Positions 49,560 to 59,194 of a DNA stretch of 64,000 bases are shown in pieces. How positions within the stretch are numbered: position 1 is the first letter of the stretch; each line of letters begins with the position of its first letter. A model generated the notes under the pieces. The model saw only the letters and a program-made list of their open reading frames with translations, was not told the origin of the DNA and did not search any database. The DNA is from an uncultured Gemmatimonadales bacterium (GTDB taxonomy: Bacteria > Gemmatimonadota > Gemmatimonadetes > Gemmatimonadales > GWC2-71-9), in NCBI GenBank assembly GCA_963748815.1, contig CAVVKJ010000011.1, positions 1-64,000 on the forward strand. Direction: 5' to 3'. The translations under genes and the position numbers were made by a program.

Positions 49560-50657
49560 ATGTCCACAATTCGAGTCACCTTTCCCAGCCGCGACGCTGC
49601 GTCGTTCTCGGATGACGTGAAGGCGCGGGTCTCCGACTACTTCACCTCCCGCGGCCTCTCCGACAAGGCCGACTGGCGCATGGTCCTGAAGGGGCTGATC
49701 CTGCTCGCGGTCACCTTTGTCCCCTACGGATTGATTCTCAGCAACAACTTCGGCCCCTGGACCATGCTCGGCCTGGCGGTGGTGATGGGCGTGGGCGTGG
49801 CCGGCATCGGCTTCAGCATCTCGCACGACGCCCTGCACGGCGCCTACTCGAACAACGCCACGGTCAACCGTGTCATCGGCTGGTCGTTCGACATCTGCGG
49901 CGCCAACGGGTACATGTGGAAGGTCACGCACAACGTGATCCACCACACCTACACCAACATCGAGGGACTCGACGAGGACCTCACCGTCTCGCCCCTCCTC
50001 CGGCTCTCGCCGCACACCGAGTGGAAGCCGATCCACCGCTTCCAGCACCTCTACGGTTTCCTGGCCTACAGCTTCTCGACACTCTTCTGGGTGTTCGTGA
50101 AGGACTACAAGTACTTCCTCCAGAAGGACATCGGACCGTTCCTCGACCGGAAGAATCCGCGGAAGGAAGTCGCCGGACTCTTCATCGGGAAGGCGATCTA
50201 CTACAGCTGGGCCATCCTCATCCCGTTCTTCGTGGTGAACGTGCCGTGGTGGCAGTTCGTCATCGGCTTCGTGGTGATGAACCTCGTGGCCGGCACCATC
50301 CTCGGCGTGGTGTTCCAGCTGGCGCACGTCGTGGAGGACATCACCTACCCGACGCCCGACGCGGCCGGGGCCATGGGCTCGGCCTGGATGCAGCACGAGA
50401 TGGAGACGACCTCCGACTTCGGCCCGAAGAACTGGCTGCTCTGCTGGTATGTCGGCGGACTCAACTTCCAGGTGGAACACCACCTCTTCCCGAAGGTGTG
50501 CAGCATTCACTATCCCGCCATCAGCGAGATCGTGAAGCAGACCGCCCTGGCGCACGGCCTGCCGTACAACCAGCACGCCACACTGCGCGAGGCGGTCGCG
50601 TCGCACTACAAGTCGCTCAAGCGTCTCAGCCTCGAACCGCTGGCCGCCGCCGCCTGA
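49560..50657 (+). CDS. Acyl-CoA/fatty acid desaturase
   Basis: His boxes HDALH, HNVIHH and QVEHHLFP; FQLAH. Confidence 0.93.
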   Translation: MSTIRVTFPSRDAASFSDDVKARVSDYFTSRGLSDKADWRMVLKGLILLAVTFVPYGLILSNNFGPWTMLGLAVVMGVGVAGIGFSISHDALHGAYSNNATVNRVIGWSFDICGANGYMWKVTHNVIHHTYTNIEGLDEDLTVSPLLRLSPHTEWKPIHRFQHLYGFLAYSFSTLFWVFVKDYKYFLQKDIGPFLDRKNPRKEVAGLFIGKAIYYSWAILIPFFVVNVPWWQFVIGFVVMNLVAGTILGVVFQLAHVVEDITYPTPDAAGAMGSAWMQHEMETTSDFGPKNWLLCWYVGGLNFQVEHHLFPKVCSIHYPAISEIVKQTALAHGLPYNQHATLREAVASHYKSLKRLSLEPLAAAA

Positions 50658-50673
50658 CGGGCGCCCGATCGGC

Positions 50674-51192
50674 GTGAGACGGTTCTGGTACTGGCGGTGG
50701 CGGCTCCTCGGCCGGGAACCGGCGGCCTGCCTCGGATGCGGCGGGCCGCTGACGCAACAGGCGGTGGCGTGGTGCCACGCCGCCGCCGGCCAGGTGGAAC
50801 TTTCCCTGCAGGGACTTCCCTTCCGCGTCTGCGGCAACGGCTGCACCGACCGGCGGCAACCGCGGGCCGGATTCGTCGCCGAACTCGAGGCGGCACTTCT
50901 CGACGGCGGCCACATCCCGATGGCCCACCCGACCGGACAGGCGGGAGCCCTCAGCTGCTACGCCTGCGCCAACCGGGTCTGGCAACCGGACAGCGGCAGC
51001 GGCGAGGTGCACGGCACCCTCCCCTTCCCCGGCCTTCCCGCCATGAACGCCACTGTGCGCGGCCCGGTCCGGACCTGCAACGGGTGCGGGCGGATGCAGC
51101 TGCTCCCCTCGGAGAGCATCCGCGCCGATCTCATCGCGGCGCTGGCCGAGGCGATCGAGGCCGCCGGCGTGCGGTCCAGCTTCCGCAAGTAA
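50674..51192 (+). CDS. Hypothetical Cys-rich tandem zinc-ribbon protein
   Basis: CLGC, CGNGC, CYAC and CNGC in two similar halves. Confidence 0.65.
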   Translation: MRRFWYWRWRLLGREPAACLGCGGPLTQQAVAWCHAAAGQVELSLQGLPFRVCGNGCTDRRQPRAGFVAELEAALLDGGHIPMAHPTGQAGALSCYACANRVWQPDSGSGEVHGTLPFPGLPAMNATVRGPVRTCNGCGRMQLLPSESIRADLIAALAEAIEAAGVRSSFRK

Positions 51193-51810
51193 TCAGCGCC
51201 GCATCAGCACCCGCTCCACCGAGTGCCGAGGCGACTCGAATCCCTCCTCGGCGGGGTACCCCACCGCCACCAGCGCCGGCACCCGGGCGTATTCGGGCAG
51301 TCCGAGCACCGACTTCACCTTGTCCGGGTCGAAGCCGAGCATCGGCGAGGTGCCGAGTCCCATGCTCTCGGCGATCAGCAGCAGGTACCCCAGCGCGATG
51401 TAACTCTGTTCCGCCCCCCACTCCTCCCGCTCCGCATTCGACTTGGCGCCCAGGGTGCCAAGGAGATGCGCCTTGGTGCCGGCGGCCTTGTCGGCCGGCA
51501 GCGTCGCGGCAAAGGTTTCCTCGATGGTGTCGAGGGCGTCGCGTGTGTCGGTGTACAGCACCAGCAACACCGGCGCGGCGCCGACCTGCGCCTGGCCGTA
51601 GGCCGCGGCCTGCAGTTCGTCCTTGAGTTGCTGGTCGCGGACCGCCACCCAGCGCCAGGGCTGGACGTTGAACGCCGAAGGGGCCTGACCGGCGCTTCCA
51701 ACCAGGTGCGCGAGTTCGGCGTCGGGGACTGGGGCATCGGTGTACCGCCGAATGGAGCGGCGCGATTCGGCGGCGTCGACGACGGCCTGCGCGAGCGGGG
51801 TGGTAATCAT
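51193..51810 (-). CDS. Nitroreductase family protein
   Basis: SRRSIRRY, APSAFNVQPW, AAYGQAQV and TSPMLGFD; AAGGAG RBS. Confidence 0.92.
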   Translation of the reverse strand: MITTPLAQAVVDAAESRRSIRRYTDAPVPDAELAHLVGSAGQAPSAFNVQPWRWVAVRDQQLKDELQAAAYGQAQVGAAPVLLVLYTDTRDALDTIEETFAATLPADKAAGTKAHLLGTLGAKSNAEREEWGAEQSYIALGYLLLIAESMGLGTSPMLGFDPDKVKSVLGLPEYARVPALVAVGYPAEEGFESPRHSVERVLMRR

Positions 51811-51829
51811 ATCTGTGTGCTCCTTATTA

Positions 51830-51843
51830 ATGTGATAACACAT
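51830..51843. promoter_or_regulatory. Palindromic operator upstream of nitroreductase
   Basis: ATGTG-ATAA-CACAT in an AT-rich island; reverse complement ATGTGTTATCACAT matches the site at 52373-52386 at 12/14. Confidence 0.72.
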
Positions 51844-51881
51844 ATTGATTTCAAACAAAGCCCCGGAACCCGGGGCCAGGC

Positions 51882-52361
51882 CTACGCGGAGTTCCGCGGC
51901 ATCAACCGACGCACCTCGTCCAGGACGGAAATCAGCTGCCGCAGGCGGGCGGCCGAGATGGTGCCCACTTCGCGTTCCTCGATTTGCCTGAGTGGCACGG
52001 CCGCCTGCTCCAGCACCGCGAGGCCACGCGAGGTGATGGTGGAGGTCACCACGCGCCGGTCGTCGGTGTCCCGCGCCCGCGCCACGAACCCCATCTTCTC
52101 GAGTCGATCGAGCAGCCGCGTGGTGTCGGCCACCGGCGCCACGAGACGGGCCTGGACCTCGCAACGCGGCAGCCCGGCCGGGCCGGCCCCGCGCAGGATC
52201 CGAAGCACGTTGTACTGCGTTGGTGTGATCCCAAGCGGACGAAGCAACTCGGCGAGGCGCAGGTCCAGCAACGCCGCCGTGCGCTTGATGCTCACCACCG
52301 CCTCCTGCACCGGGGAGGGGAAAGGCCTGGTCTGCTTCAGTTCCCTTGCGAGTTGGCTCAT
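51882..52361 (-). CDS. MarR family transcriptional regulator
   Basis: GITPTQYNVLRILRGA and DTTRLLDRLEKMGFVARARDTDDRRVV. Confidence 0.93.
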   Translation of the reverse strand: MSQLARELKQTRPFPSPVQEAVVSIKRTAALLDLRLAELLRPLGITPTQYNVLRILRGAGPAGLPRCEVQARLVAPVADTTRLLDRLEKMGFVARARDTDDRRVVTSTITSRGLAVLEQAAVPLRQIEEREVGTISAARLRQLISVLDEVRRLMPRNSA

Positions 52362-52367
52362 GGGTGA

Positions 52368-52396
52368 ATATTATGTGTTGTCACACTAAATGTCAA
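52368..52396 (-). promoter_or_regulatory. marR promoter (probably leaderless) with operator in the spacer
   Basis: TTGACA-17nt-TAATAT, then 6 nt to the ATG; operator ATGTGTTGTCACAC at 52373-52386. Confidence 0.78.
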
Positions 52397-52426
52397 GTGT
52401 CGTATCTGATACGGAGGATATCCCCG

Positions 52427-53324
52427 ATGCCACATCCCGCCACGGCGGCCAGCCGCCCCACCGCCGGCATTCTCCCCGGCGTCGCCACCCCGGAAGGGGA
52501 GGGGATCACCGTCTACCGGCCCTTCCCTTCCGCTGCCGCCCGCGAAATCGATCCCTTCCTCCTCCTCGACCGCCTGGGCCCGGTGACGATCGCTCCCGGC
52601 GCCGGCGCCGGCGTCCCCCCGCACCCGCATGCCGGGTTCGAGGTGGTGAGCTACATCCTCCAGGGCGGGCTGGAGCACCGCGACTCGGCGGGCCACCACG
52701 GCCGCCTCGGCGCCGGCGACGTGCAGTGGATGACCGCCGGGTCCGGCATCGTCCACTCCGAGATGCCTGCCGAGGACCTCCGCGCCCGCGGTGGAACGCT
52801 CGAGGCCATCCAGCTCTGGATCAATCTCCCCGCCCGCGACAAGCAGATGCCGCCGCGCTACGGCGACGTGCCGGCGGCGAACATCCCCGTGGCGACCTCG
52901 GCCGACGGCCTCGCCACCGTGCGTGTCATCGCCGGCGAGGCGCTCGGCGCCAGCGCCACTCTCCCGCTCCGCACCGCCATCACCTACCTGCACTGGACGC
53001 TGGAGCCGGGCGCCGTCGTCACCCAAGCCGTTGCCCGACGGCACCGAGGCCCTGGCCTATGTGCTCGACGGCGGGGCGCGTTTCGGCAGTGATGCCGCCA
53101 GAGCGGGACGGGATGAACTGGTTCGGTTCGCCGGGGAGAACGGTCCCGTCACCGTCCGCGTGCCGACAGACGGCGCGCGCACCGAGGTGCTCCTGCTGGC
53201 CGGCCCGCCGACCGGCGAGCCCGTCGCGCGCTCGGGGCCGTTCGTCATGAACACGATGGCGGAGATTCGGGAGGTGATCGGGAGGTACCGAGGGGGCGCG
53301 CTGGGGGACATTCCGTCGGATTGA
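52427..53324 (+). CDS. Pirin family protein (+1 frameshift near 53028)
   Basis: DPFLLLD, HPHAGFEVVSY and WMTAGSGIVHSEMP. The second frame gives EPVARSGPFVMNT to TGA 53324. GGAGG RBS. Confidence 0.9.
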
Positions 53325-53333
53325 GGTGGCGCG

Positions 53334-53969
53334 CTACGCGCCGGGCCGACTCCGGAGCCGGAGGAGGTGCTTGAGCCGGGTGTGATCCTCCCGCTCCCGT
53401 TCCTCGAGCAGCGCGCGAACCCGGTGGATCTCACCGGCGAGTCCGGGGGCGACGCGGTTCTCCAGCGTGTTGACCTGGCGTGACGTGCGGCGGAGCGCCT
53501 CCGCCAGTCGGCGCAGCAGCAACTCGGTGGACGCCGCGTCGAGCAGGAGTTCCACCATCTGTTCAAACTCGTTCGCCGCCGTCGCCGCGGCCGGCCCGGT
53601 CAGCGGCGCCGCCTGTCCCCGGGCGTCAAGCGTCCGGCGGAGTGGCGTCAGTCGCTGCACCGCCCCGCTCGCCACCCCCCACGATTCCATGACCGTCAAT
53701 TCCACCTCGACCTGTCGCGTCGGCCACCCCATCGCGTCCAGACCGGCGGCACCGTGGATGGCGGCCGCGCCGAGGAGGGCCGGGTAGGCGCGCGCCGCGC
53801 TCGCCTCCACCCGGCCCCGCGCCTCGATGGCGGGCGTGGCCACCTTGAAGAGGTCGGCCACCAGCGCCTGTCGCTTCCGGGTAAGCAGGTCGATACCCTT
53901 GCGCACCCGCTCGAGCCGGCGGCGATGCCGGATCAGGTTCGACCTGGTCGGGGGACCGAGGACTTTCAC
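53334..53969 (-). CDS. ntpD: V/A-type ATP synthase subunit D
   Basis: PTRSNL, GIDLLTRKRQAL, RRTSRQVNTLE and LEEREREDHTRLK. Confidence 0.9.
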   Translation of the reverse strand: MKVLGPPTRSNLIRHRRRLERVRKGIDLLTRKRQALVADLFKVATPAIEARGRVEASAARAYPALLGAAAIHGAAGLDAMGWPTRQVEVELTVMESWGVASGAVQRLTPLRRTLDARGQAAPLTGPAAATAANEFEQMVELLLDAASTELLLRRLAEALRRTSRQVNTLENRVAPGLAGEIHRVRALLEEREREDHTRLKHLLRLRSRPGA

Positions 53970-55348
53970 GTGGCCCCCTCGCGCCCTGCCCGCCGCGCCC
54001 ACGCCTCCTCCGGAATTCGGTGGAGGTCCTCGCGGGGGAGCGTCTCCAGCAGGGTCCATCCGATTTCGAGCGTTTCCGCGATGGTGCGGCGCGCCCCACC
54101 CTGGTCGATGAATTCCTTCTCGAACCGCTCCGTGAACTCCAGCGCCCGGCGATCGGCGGGGGGCAGTCCCGACTCGCCGACGATGGCCGCGGTGAGCCGC
54201 GCCTCGCGCCCCTGGGCATAGACGGCATAGAGCTGGTCCGACCAGCGGCGGTGATCGGGCGCGGTGCCCGCCCCGATTCCGGCCCCCATCAACCGCGAGA
54301 GGGACGGCAGCACGTCGATCGGCGGGAAGACACCGCGCCGGTCGAGTTCACGGCTCAGCACGATCTGTCCCTCGGTGATGTACCCGGTCAGGTCGGGAAT
54401 CGGGTGCGTGATGTCGTCGTCCGGCATGGAGAGGATAGGGAGCTGCGTGATCGAGCCCGCCGAGCCGCGCACCACGCCGGCGCGCTCGAAGATGGAGGCG
54501 AGGTCGGTATACATGTAGCCCGGATAGCCGCGGCGGCCGGGAATCTCCTCGCGCGCGGCGCCGAGTTCGCGCAGCGCCTCGCAGTAGTTGGTGGCGTCGG
54601 CCAGGACGACCAGCACCTGCATTCCGCGCTCGAAGGCGAGGTACTCCGCCTGCGCCAGCGCGAGCCGGGGCGCCAGCAGCCGCTCGATGGTGGGATCGCC
54701 GGTCCGGTTGAGATAGAACACGCTCCGGGCGAGCGCTTCGCTCGACTCGAACCGCCGCAGGAAGTGTTGGGTTTCCCGCTGCGTCAATCCGATCGCGACG
54801 AAGATGACGGCAAACGGTTCACCGTGCGTGGTCCGCGCATCGGCCACGACGCGCGCCGCCAGCTCCAGGCCCGGGAGTCCGGCGCCGGAGAAGATCGGGA
54901 GCTTCTGCCCGCGCACCAGCGTGTTCATCCCGTCGATGGCGGAGATGCCGGTCTCAATGAAGTCGGCGGGCTTGCGGCGGCAGACCGGGTTGAGGGGCGC
55001 CGCCCACGCCGCGCGGCGCGCCGAGCCCACCGGCGCCGGCAGTCCGTCGAGCGGCGCACCGGAGCCGGCAAAGACCCGGCCCAGCAACTCCTCGCCCACC
55101 ACCGCGCGCGCCATGTCGCCGGTGAGAGTGACGGCGGTGCCGGCCGGCGCCAGCCCCACCGTGTCCTCGAACACCTGCACCACCGTGGCGCCGCGGCTGA
55201 CGTCGATGACCTGGCCACGCCGGGCCGGTTGTCCCGGCGCGGCGATGCGCACCCACTCGCCCAGGACGGCGCGGTGCGCGTTCGACACGGTGAGCAGCGG
55301 GCCGGCGGCCGCGTCGGCGCCGGCGTAGGTGCGGGGGGTGCCGCTCAC
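53966..55348 (-). CDS. ntpB: V/A-type ATP synthase subunit B
   Basis: [41 protein letters not shown] and [19 protein letters not shown]. Confidence 0.96.
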   Translation of the reverse strand: MSGTPRTYAGADAAAGPLLTVSNAHRAVLGEWVRIAAPGQPARRGQVIDVSRGATVVQVFEDTVGLAPAGTAVTLTGDMARAVVGEELLGRVFAGSGAPLDGLPAPVGSARRAAWAAPLNPVCRRKPADFIETGISAIDGMNTLVRGQKLPIFSGAGLPGLELAARVVADARTTHGEPFAVIFVAIGLTQRETQHFLRRFESSEALARSVFYLNRTGDPTIERLLAPRLALAQAEYLAFERGMQVLVVLADATNYCEALRELGAAREEIPGRRGYPGYMYTDLASIFERAGVVRGSAGSITQLPILSMPDDDITHPIPDLTGYITEGQIVLSRELDRRGVFPPIDVLPSLSRLMGAGIGAGTAPDHRRWSDQLYAVYAQGREARLTAAIVGESGLPPADRRALEFTERFEKEFIDQGGARRTIAETLEIGWTLLETLPREDLHRIPEEAWARRAGREGAT

Positions 55349-57033
55349 GGTGTCGCTCCTTCCGGCGAGGCCCGCAGCGCCACCAGGGCCCGGCGGACTT
55401 CGGTGACGTCGATGGCCGCCATCGTCCCGCCGGCCGAGAGCGCCTCGGCGCCGCCGCGGTGAAAGCGGTGGATCGTGTCCGCGAGCCGCCAGGTCTTCGT
55501 CACCGGCGAGCTCGCGTCCGCGGGGTCATAGGCGCTCTGGCCGATGAGGAACTCGCGCAGCAGCCGCGCCGTCTCGAGAATCAACCGGTCCTGGTCCTCC
55601 AGCGCGTCCGGCCCGACGAGCCCGGCCACCTCCCGAAGCTCCCGGTCCCGCTGCAAGAGCGCGAAGGTCTCGCGCCGAAGCGTGGTCCACTCGGCGCCGC
55701 CGTGCTCCTCGAACCAGGGCATCACGTCAGCGGCCTGCAGGCTGTAGCTGGTTTCCCAGTCCACGGCGGGAAACTGCCGCTGGTGGGCCAGCGAGGCATC
55801 GAGCGCCCACAGGGCGCCCGCCACCCGCAGCGCGGCCTGCGTCACCGGCTCGGAAAAGTCGCCGCCCGGCGGCGAGAGGGCGTTGATGAGAGTGACGGCA
55901 CCTTCGCGCTTGCCGGCGCCCAGCGCCTGCGCCCGCCCCGCCCGTTCGAAGAGCTTGCCGAGTCGGTTGCCGAGCGACGTGGGATACCCTTCCTCTCCGG
56001 GCATTTCGCGGAGCAGCGACCCGATTTCCCGAAGCGCCTCCGCCCACCGGCTGAGCGAGTCGGCCATCATCGCCACGCGGTACCCCATGTCGCGGTAGTA
56101 CTCCGCGATGGTGAGCCCGAGGTAGACCGACGCCTCACGGGCCGCCACCGGCATGTTGGAGGTGTTCACCACGAGGACGGTCCGGTCCATCAGCGAGCGG
56201 CCGGTGCGCGGGTCCTCCAGCGAGGGAAACTCCTCGAGCACGTCGGCCATCTCGTTGCCGCGCTCGCCGCAGCCCACATACACCACGATGTCGGCCATGG
56301 CGTACTTGGCCAGGGACTGCTCGATGACCGTCTTCCCGGTGCCGAATCCGCCCGGCACCGCGACCGATCCGCCCTCCGCCACCGGAAAGAGGAAATCGAA
56401 GACCCGCTGGCCGGTGATGAACGGCCGGTCGGCGGGGAGCCATCGTTCCACGGGCCGGGGGACGCGCACCGGCCACCGCTGCATCAGGGTCAGGACGGTT
56501 CCGTCCGCCAGCCGCCCGATCGGCTCGTCCACCGCGTACACCCCGGCCGCGAGTTCGGCGAGCACGCCCTCCAACGTCGGCGGCAGGAGCACCCGGTGCG
56601 TGACACCCGCGTTCTCCTCGACGGTGCCGAGTTCGTCGCCTGCGCCCACCCGGTCCCCCACCTTCGCAGACGGGGTGAAGGCCCAGCGGCGGGACCGGTC
56701 GAGGGTCGGCGCGACGGTGCCAGTGGAGAGAAAGTTCCCTTCCTGATCGGCGAGCCGGCTCAACGGTCGCCCGGTGCCGTCGAGCACCGAGCCGAGGAGC
56801 CCGGGGCCGAGTTCCGCCTGGAGCGGCGCGCCGGTGGCCTCCACCGGCTCCTCGAGCGCCAGGCCGGTGGTGTCTTCAAACACCTGCGCCGTGGCGGTCT
56901 CACCCTGGATGCGGATGACCTCGCCGAGCAGCCGTCGGTGCCCGACCCGCACGATTTCGTAGAGCGCCGCCTGTGGCAACGGGGCCACCTCGACCAGCGC
57001 GCCGGCAGCGCGCACGACACGGGCGCCGATCAC
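55345..57033 (-). CDS. ntpA: V/A-type ATP synthase catalytic subunit A
   Basis: Walker [42 protein letters not shown] and [13 protein letters not shown]. Confidence 0.96.
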   Translation of the reverse strand: MIGARVVRAAGALVEVAPLPQAALYEIVRVGHRRLLGEVIRIQGETATAQVFEDTTGLALEEPVEATGAPLQAELGPGLLGSVLDGTGRPLSRLADQEGNFLSTGTVAPTLDRSRRWAFTPSAKVGDRVGAGDELGTVEENAGVTHRVLLPPTLEGVLAELAAGVYAVDEPIGRLADGTVLTLMQRWPVRVPRPVERWLPADRPFITGQRVFDFLFPVAEGGSVAVPGGFGTGKTVIEQSLAKYAMADIVVYVGCGERGNEMADVLEEFPSLEDPRTGRSLMDRTVLVVNTSNMPVAAREASVYLGLTIAEYYRDMGYRVAMMADSLSRWAEALREIGSLLREMPGEEGYPTSLGNRLGKLFERAGRAQALGAGKREGAVTLINALSPPGGDFSEPVTQAALRVAGALWALDASLAHQRQFPAVDWETSYSLQAADVMPWFEEHGGAEWTTLRRETFALLQRDRELREVAGLVGPDALEDQDRLILETARLLREFLIGQSAYDPADASSPVTKTWRLADTIHRFHRGGAEALSAGGTMAAIDVTEVRRALVALRASPEGATP

Positions 57034-57356
57034 CGGAGCCTCACGCGATAGCCGATGGCCCGGCGAAGGAGTTCGACCACCTGCTCTTCGGCCGACGCCG
57101 TGGCGCGCCACGCCGGCCCCGGAAAGGGCACCACGATCGGCTGGGCCACCCGATCGACCGTCGTCCGCAGGTCCGGCGCGAGCGTGTCGTAGAGCGACTC
57201 CTCGAGGAGCACCACCCCGACTTCAGGTCGCTGCAGCAGCGCGCGCAGCATGGTGTCCGCCACGCTCTCGTCGTCGGTCATGTCGGCGGCGAGCCCCGCG
57301 AGCCCGAACCCGGCCGCGGTAGTGGGTCGACAGAGCACACGCACGCCGTGGGTCAT
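57030..57356 (-). CDS. V/A-type ATP synthase subunit F
   Basis: GFGLAG, VGVVLL and [10 protein letters not shown]; lies between subunits C and A. Confidence 0.88.
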   Translation of the reverse strand: MTHGVRVLCRPTTAAGFGLAGLAADMTDDESVADTMLRALLQRPEVGVVLLEESLYDTLAPDLRTTVDRVAQPIVVPFPGPAWRATASAEEQVVELLRRAIGYRVRLR

Positions 57357-58375
57357 GCGGCCTCCGGCATCAGCGAGGCAAGCGTGGACGCCGGTGCGCC
57401 GAACGCCGCCCCCCAGGCGATGGCGCGCAGGGCACGCGCTTCGGCACGAATCCGCTCGAGGACGGCGAGCACCAGCGCCGGTCCCAGCGGATCGCGCCGC
57501 GCGAGCGAGCGCAGCCAGACGATGCGCGCCGCCGCCGCGCGGGACTCGACGGCGGGCCAGTCCACCGGCGCTTGCGCGAGAGCGGAGCCGAGTGCGGTGC
57601 CCTCGAAGAGATGGCCCAACTCCGCCACCACCCGGTCGCCATCGCGCTCCCCCCGGAGGCGGCTGAACTGGTCACGCGTCAGCAGCGCGCCGCCCGCCAG
57701 GAAGGCCTCGTCACCCGCCTCGCCGGGAATCGGGGGTGCCGCCAGCAACAGGGTCCAGACGTTCTCCTGGTCCACCAGTTCGGCCGCGAAGCGGCGCACG
57801 ACCGGTCCGCCGGCGCGGGCGGCCCGGACGGCGCGCGCACTGAAGAGCCGGGCGAGTCCCCATTCGAGATCGCGCAGCCCGGGTGACGGAGTCCGTCGCA
57901 ACATCTCCTCGAGCACCCGACCGGCGGGGTGTCCGGCCCGCACGAGGTCGCGCGCCAAGTCGGGTACAGAGGCCGCGCGCGCCAACCGCTCGAGTGTGCG
58001 CGGCGGAAGGGCCGGCGTCGGGGTCGCCGCCCGGAGCCGTGCGCCGGGCGAGGCGCCCTGCGCGGCCCCGCGCAACAGCGCCCGGACGGTCCGGCGCTCC
58101 TCGTCCTCCAGCACGACGGCCAGCACGGCGCCGCGCCCGGCGAGCCATCGGCCGAGGAGGTTGAGCCGGTCGGCCGCCAGCAGGGTCACGGCGCGGTCGA
58201 ACGCCGGCGGATCGACCACGGCGCCCAACCCCGGGTCGAGGGGATACCCGAGTGCCGAGAGTCGCGAAAGGAAGGCGGGCCAGTCGGGAGCGGAGGCGAG
58301 CGTCGCCAGCGCGTCCCGGTCGAGCAGGTGGGTGGCGAGGCCGCGGGCGCGGGCGTTCACGTCGTCCCAGCGCAT
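57353..58375 (-). CDS. ntpC: V/A-type ATP synthase subunit C (d)
   Basis: NARARGLATHLL at the N-terminus and EARALRAIAWG at the C-terminus; 340 aa; operon position. Confidence 0.82.
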   Translation of the reverse strand: MRWDDVNARARGLATHLLDRDALATLASAPDWPAFLSRLSALGYPLDPGLGAVVDPPAFDRAVTLLAADRLNLLGRWLAGRGAVLAVVLEDEERRTVRALLRGAAQGASPGARLRAATPTPALPPRTLERLARAASVPDLARDLVRAGHPAGRVLEEMLRRTPSPGLRDLEWGLARLFSARAVRAARAGGPVVRRFAAELVDQENVWTLLLAAPPIPGEAGDEAFLAGGALLTRDQFSRLRGERDGDRVVAELGHLFEGTALGSALAQAPVDWPAVESRAAAARIVWLRSLARRDPLGPALVLAVLERIRAEARALRAIAWGAAFGAPASTLASLMPEAA

Positions 58376-58377
58376 GC

Positions 58378-58953
58378 TCAGCTCCCCTCGATCCGGGCGC
58401 AGAGCCCGATGGCGAGCTCGGCCCGGCGCCGCGCCAGGATAGCCGCGAGGGTGTTGTCCACGGTCACGCGCCCGTCGGCGGAGCGTCCGGTGACGCCCGC
58501 CGAGACGTCGGCGGACTCGATCGAGAGGTTCGGCCGATCACGAACCGCGGCGGCCACCGCCGTGGCCGCATCGGCGGGGCTCTGCAAGACGGCCGGCGCC
58601 CGCTCCAAGTACCGTGCGGCGTCCACCGCGAGGGCCCCGATGCTCGGCGCGTACCGCGCCACGGCCATCCGGTCCAGCGCCGCCGTCGCGGCCTCGAAGA
58701 CCTGATCGAGGACGCGCACCCGCACCGTGAGGAAGCGGTCTCTCGCCTGGGCCCGGGCCGCGGCGACCTGGCGCTCGACGTGGACCCGCCGCTGTCCGGC
58801 CACCCGCTCGAGGTGCAGGGCGCGCGTCCGCGCCGCGTCCGCCTCGGCGCGCGCGATCACCTCCGCCGCCTGCCGCTCCGCGTCGTGCCGGATCCTGGCC
58901 GATTCGCGAATCGCGTCCTCCTCCAGGTGGAGGAGCAGGGCGTCGACGCTCAT
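58378..58953 (-). CDS. ntpE: V/A-type ATP synthase subunit E
   Basis: N-terminal coiled coil; C-terminal SADGRVTVDNTL. Confidence 0.85.
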   Translation of the reverse strand: MSVDALLLHLEEDAIRESARIRHDAERQAAEVIARAEADAARTRALHLERVAGQRRVHVERQVAAARAQARDRFLTVRVRVLDQVFEAATAALDRMAVARYAPSIGALAVDAARYLERAPAVLQSPADAATAVAAAVRDRPNLSIESADVSAGVTGRSADGRVTVDNTLAAILARRRAELAIGLCARIEGS

Positions 58954-58957
58954 CCGC

Positions 58958-59179
58958 TCAGCCGCCGGCGCGCAGCATGATGAGGACCGCCACCACGAAC
59001 CCGAGGATGGCCATCGTCTCCGGGATGGCGACCAGGAGAATGGCCGTCGTGCTGAGTTCAGGCTTCTCCGCCAGGCTGGCGGAGATCGCCGGCCCGATGC
59101 GCGACTGCGCCCAGCCGGTGGCCAGCGCCGGGATGCTGACGGCCAGTGCGGCGCTGAGGGGAATCAGGAACGCTTCCAT
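58958..59179 (-). CDS. ntpK: V/A-type ATP synthase proteolipid subunit K (c), single hairpin
   Basis: AQSRIG...AEKPE...AIPETMAILGFVVA with the conserved Glu; GGAGG RBS. Confidence 0.92.
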   Translation of the reverse strand: MEAFLIPLSAALAVSIPALATGWAQSRIGPAISASLAEKPELSTTAILLVAIPETMAILGFVVAVLIMLRAGG

Positions 59180-59194
59180 GCGACCTCCGTGGGT

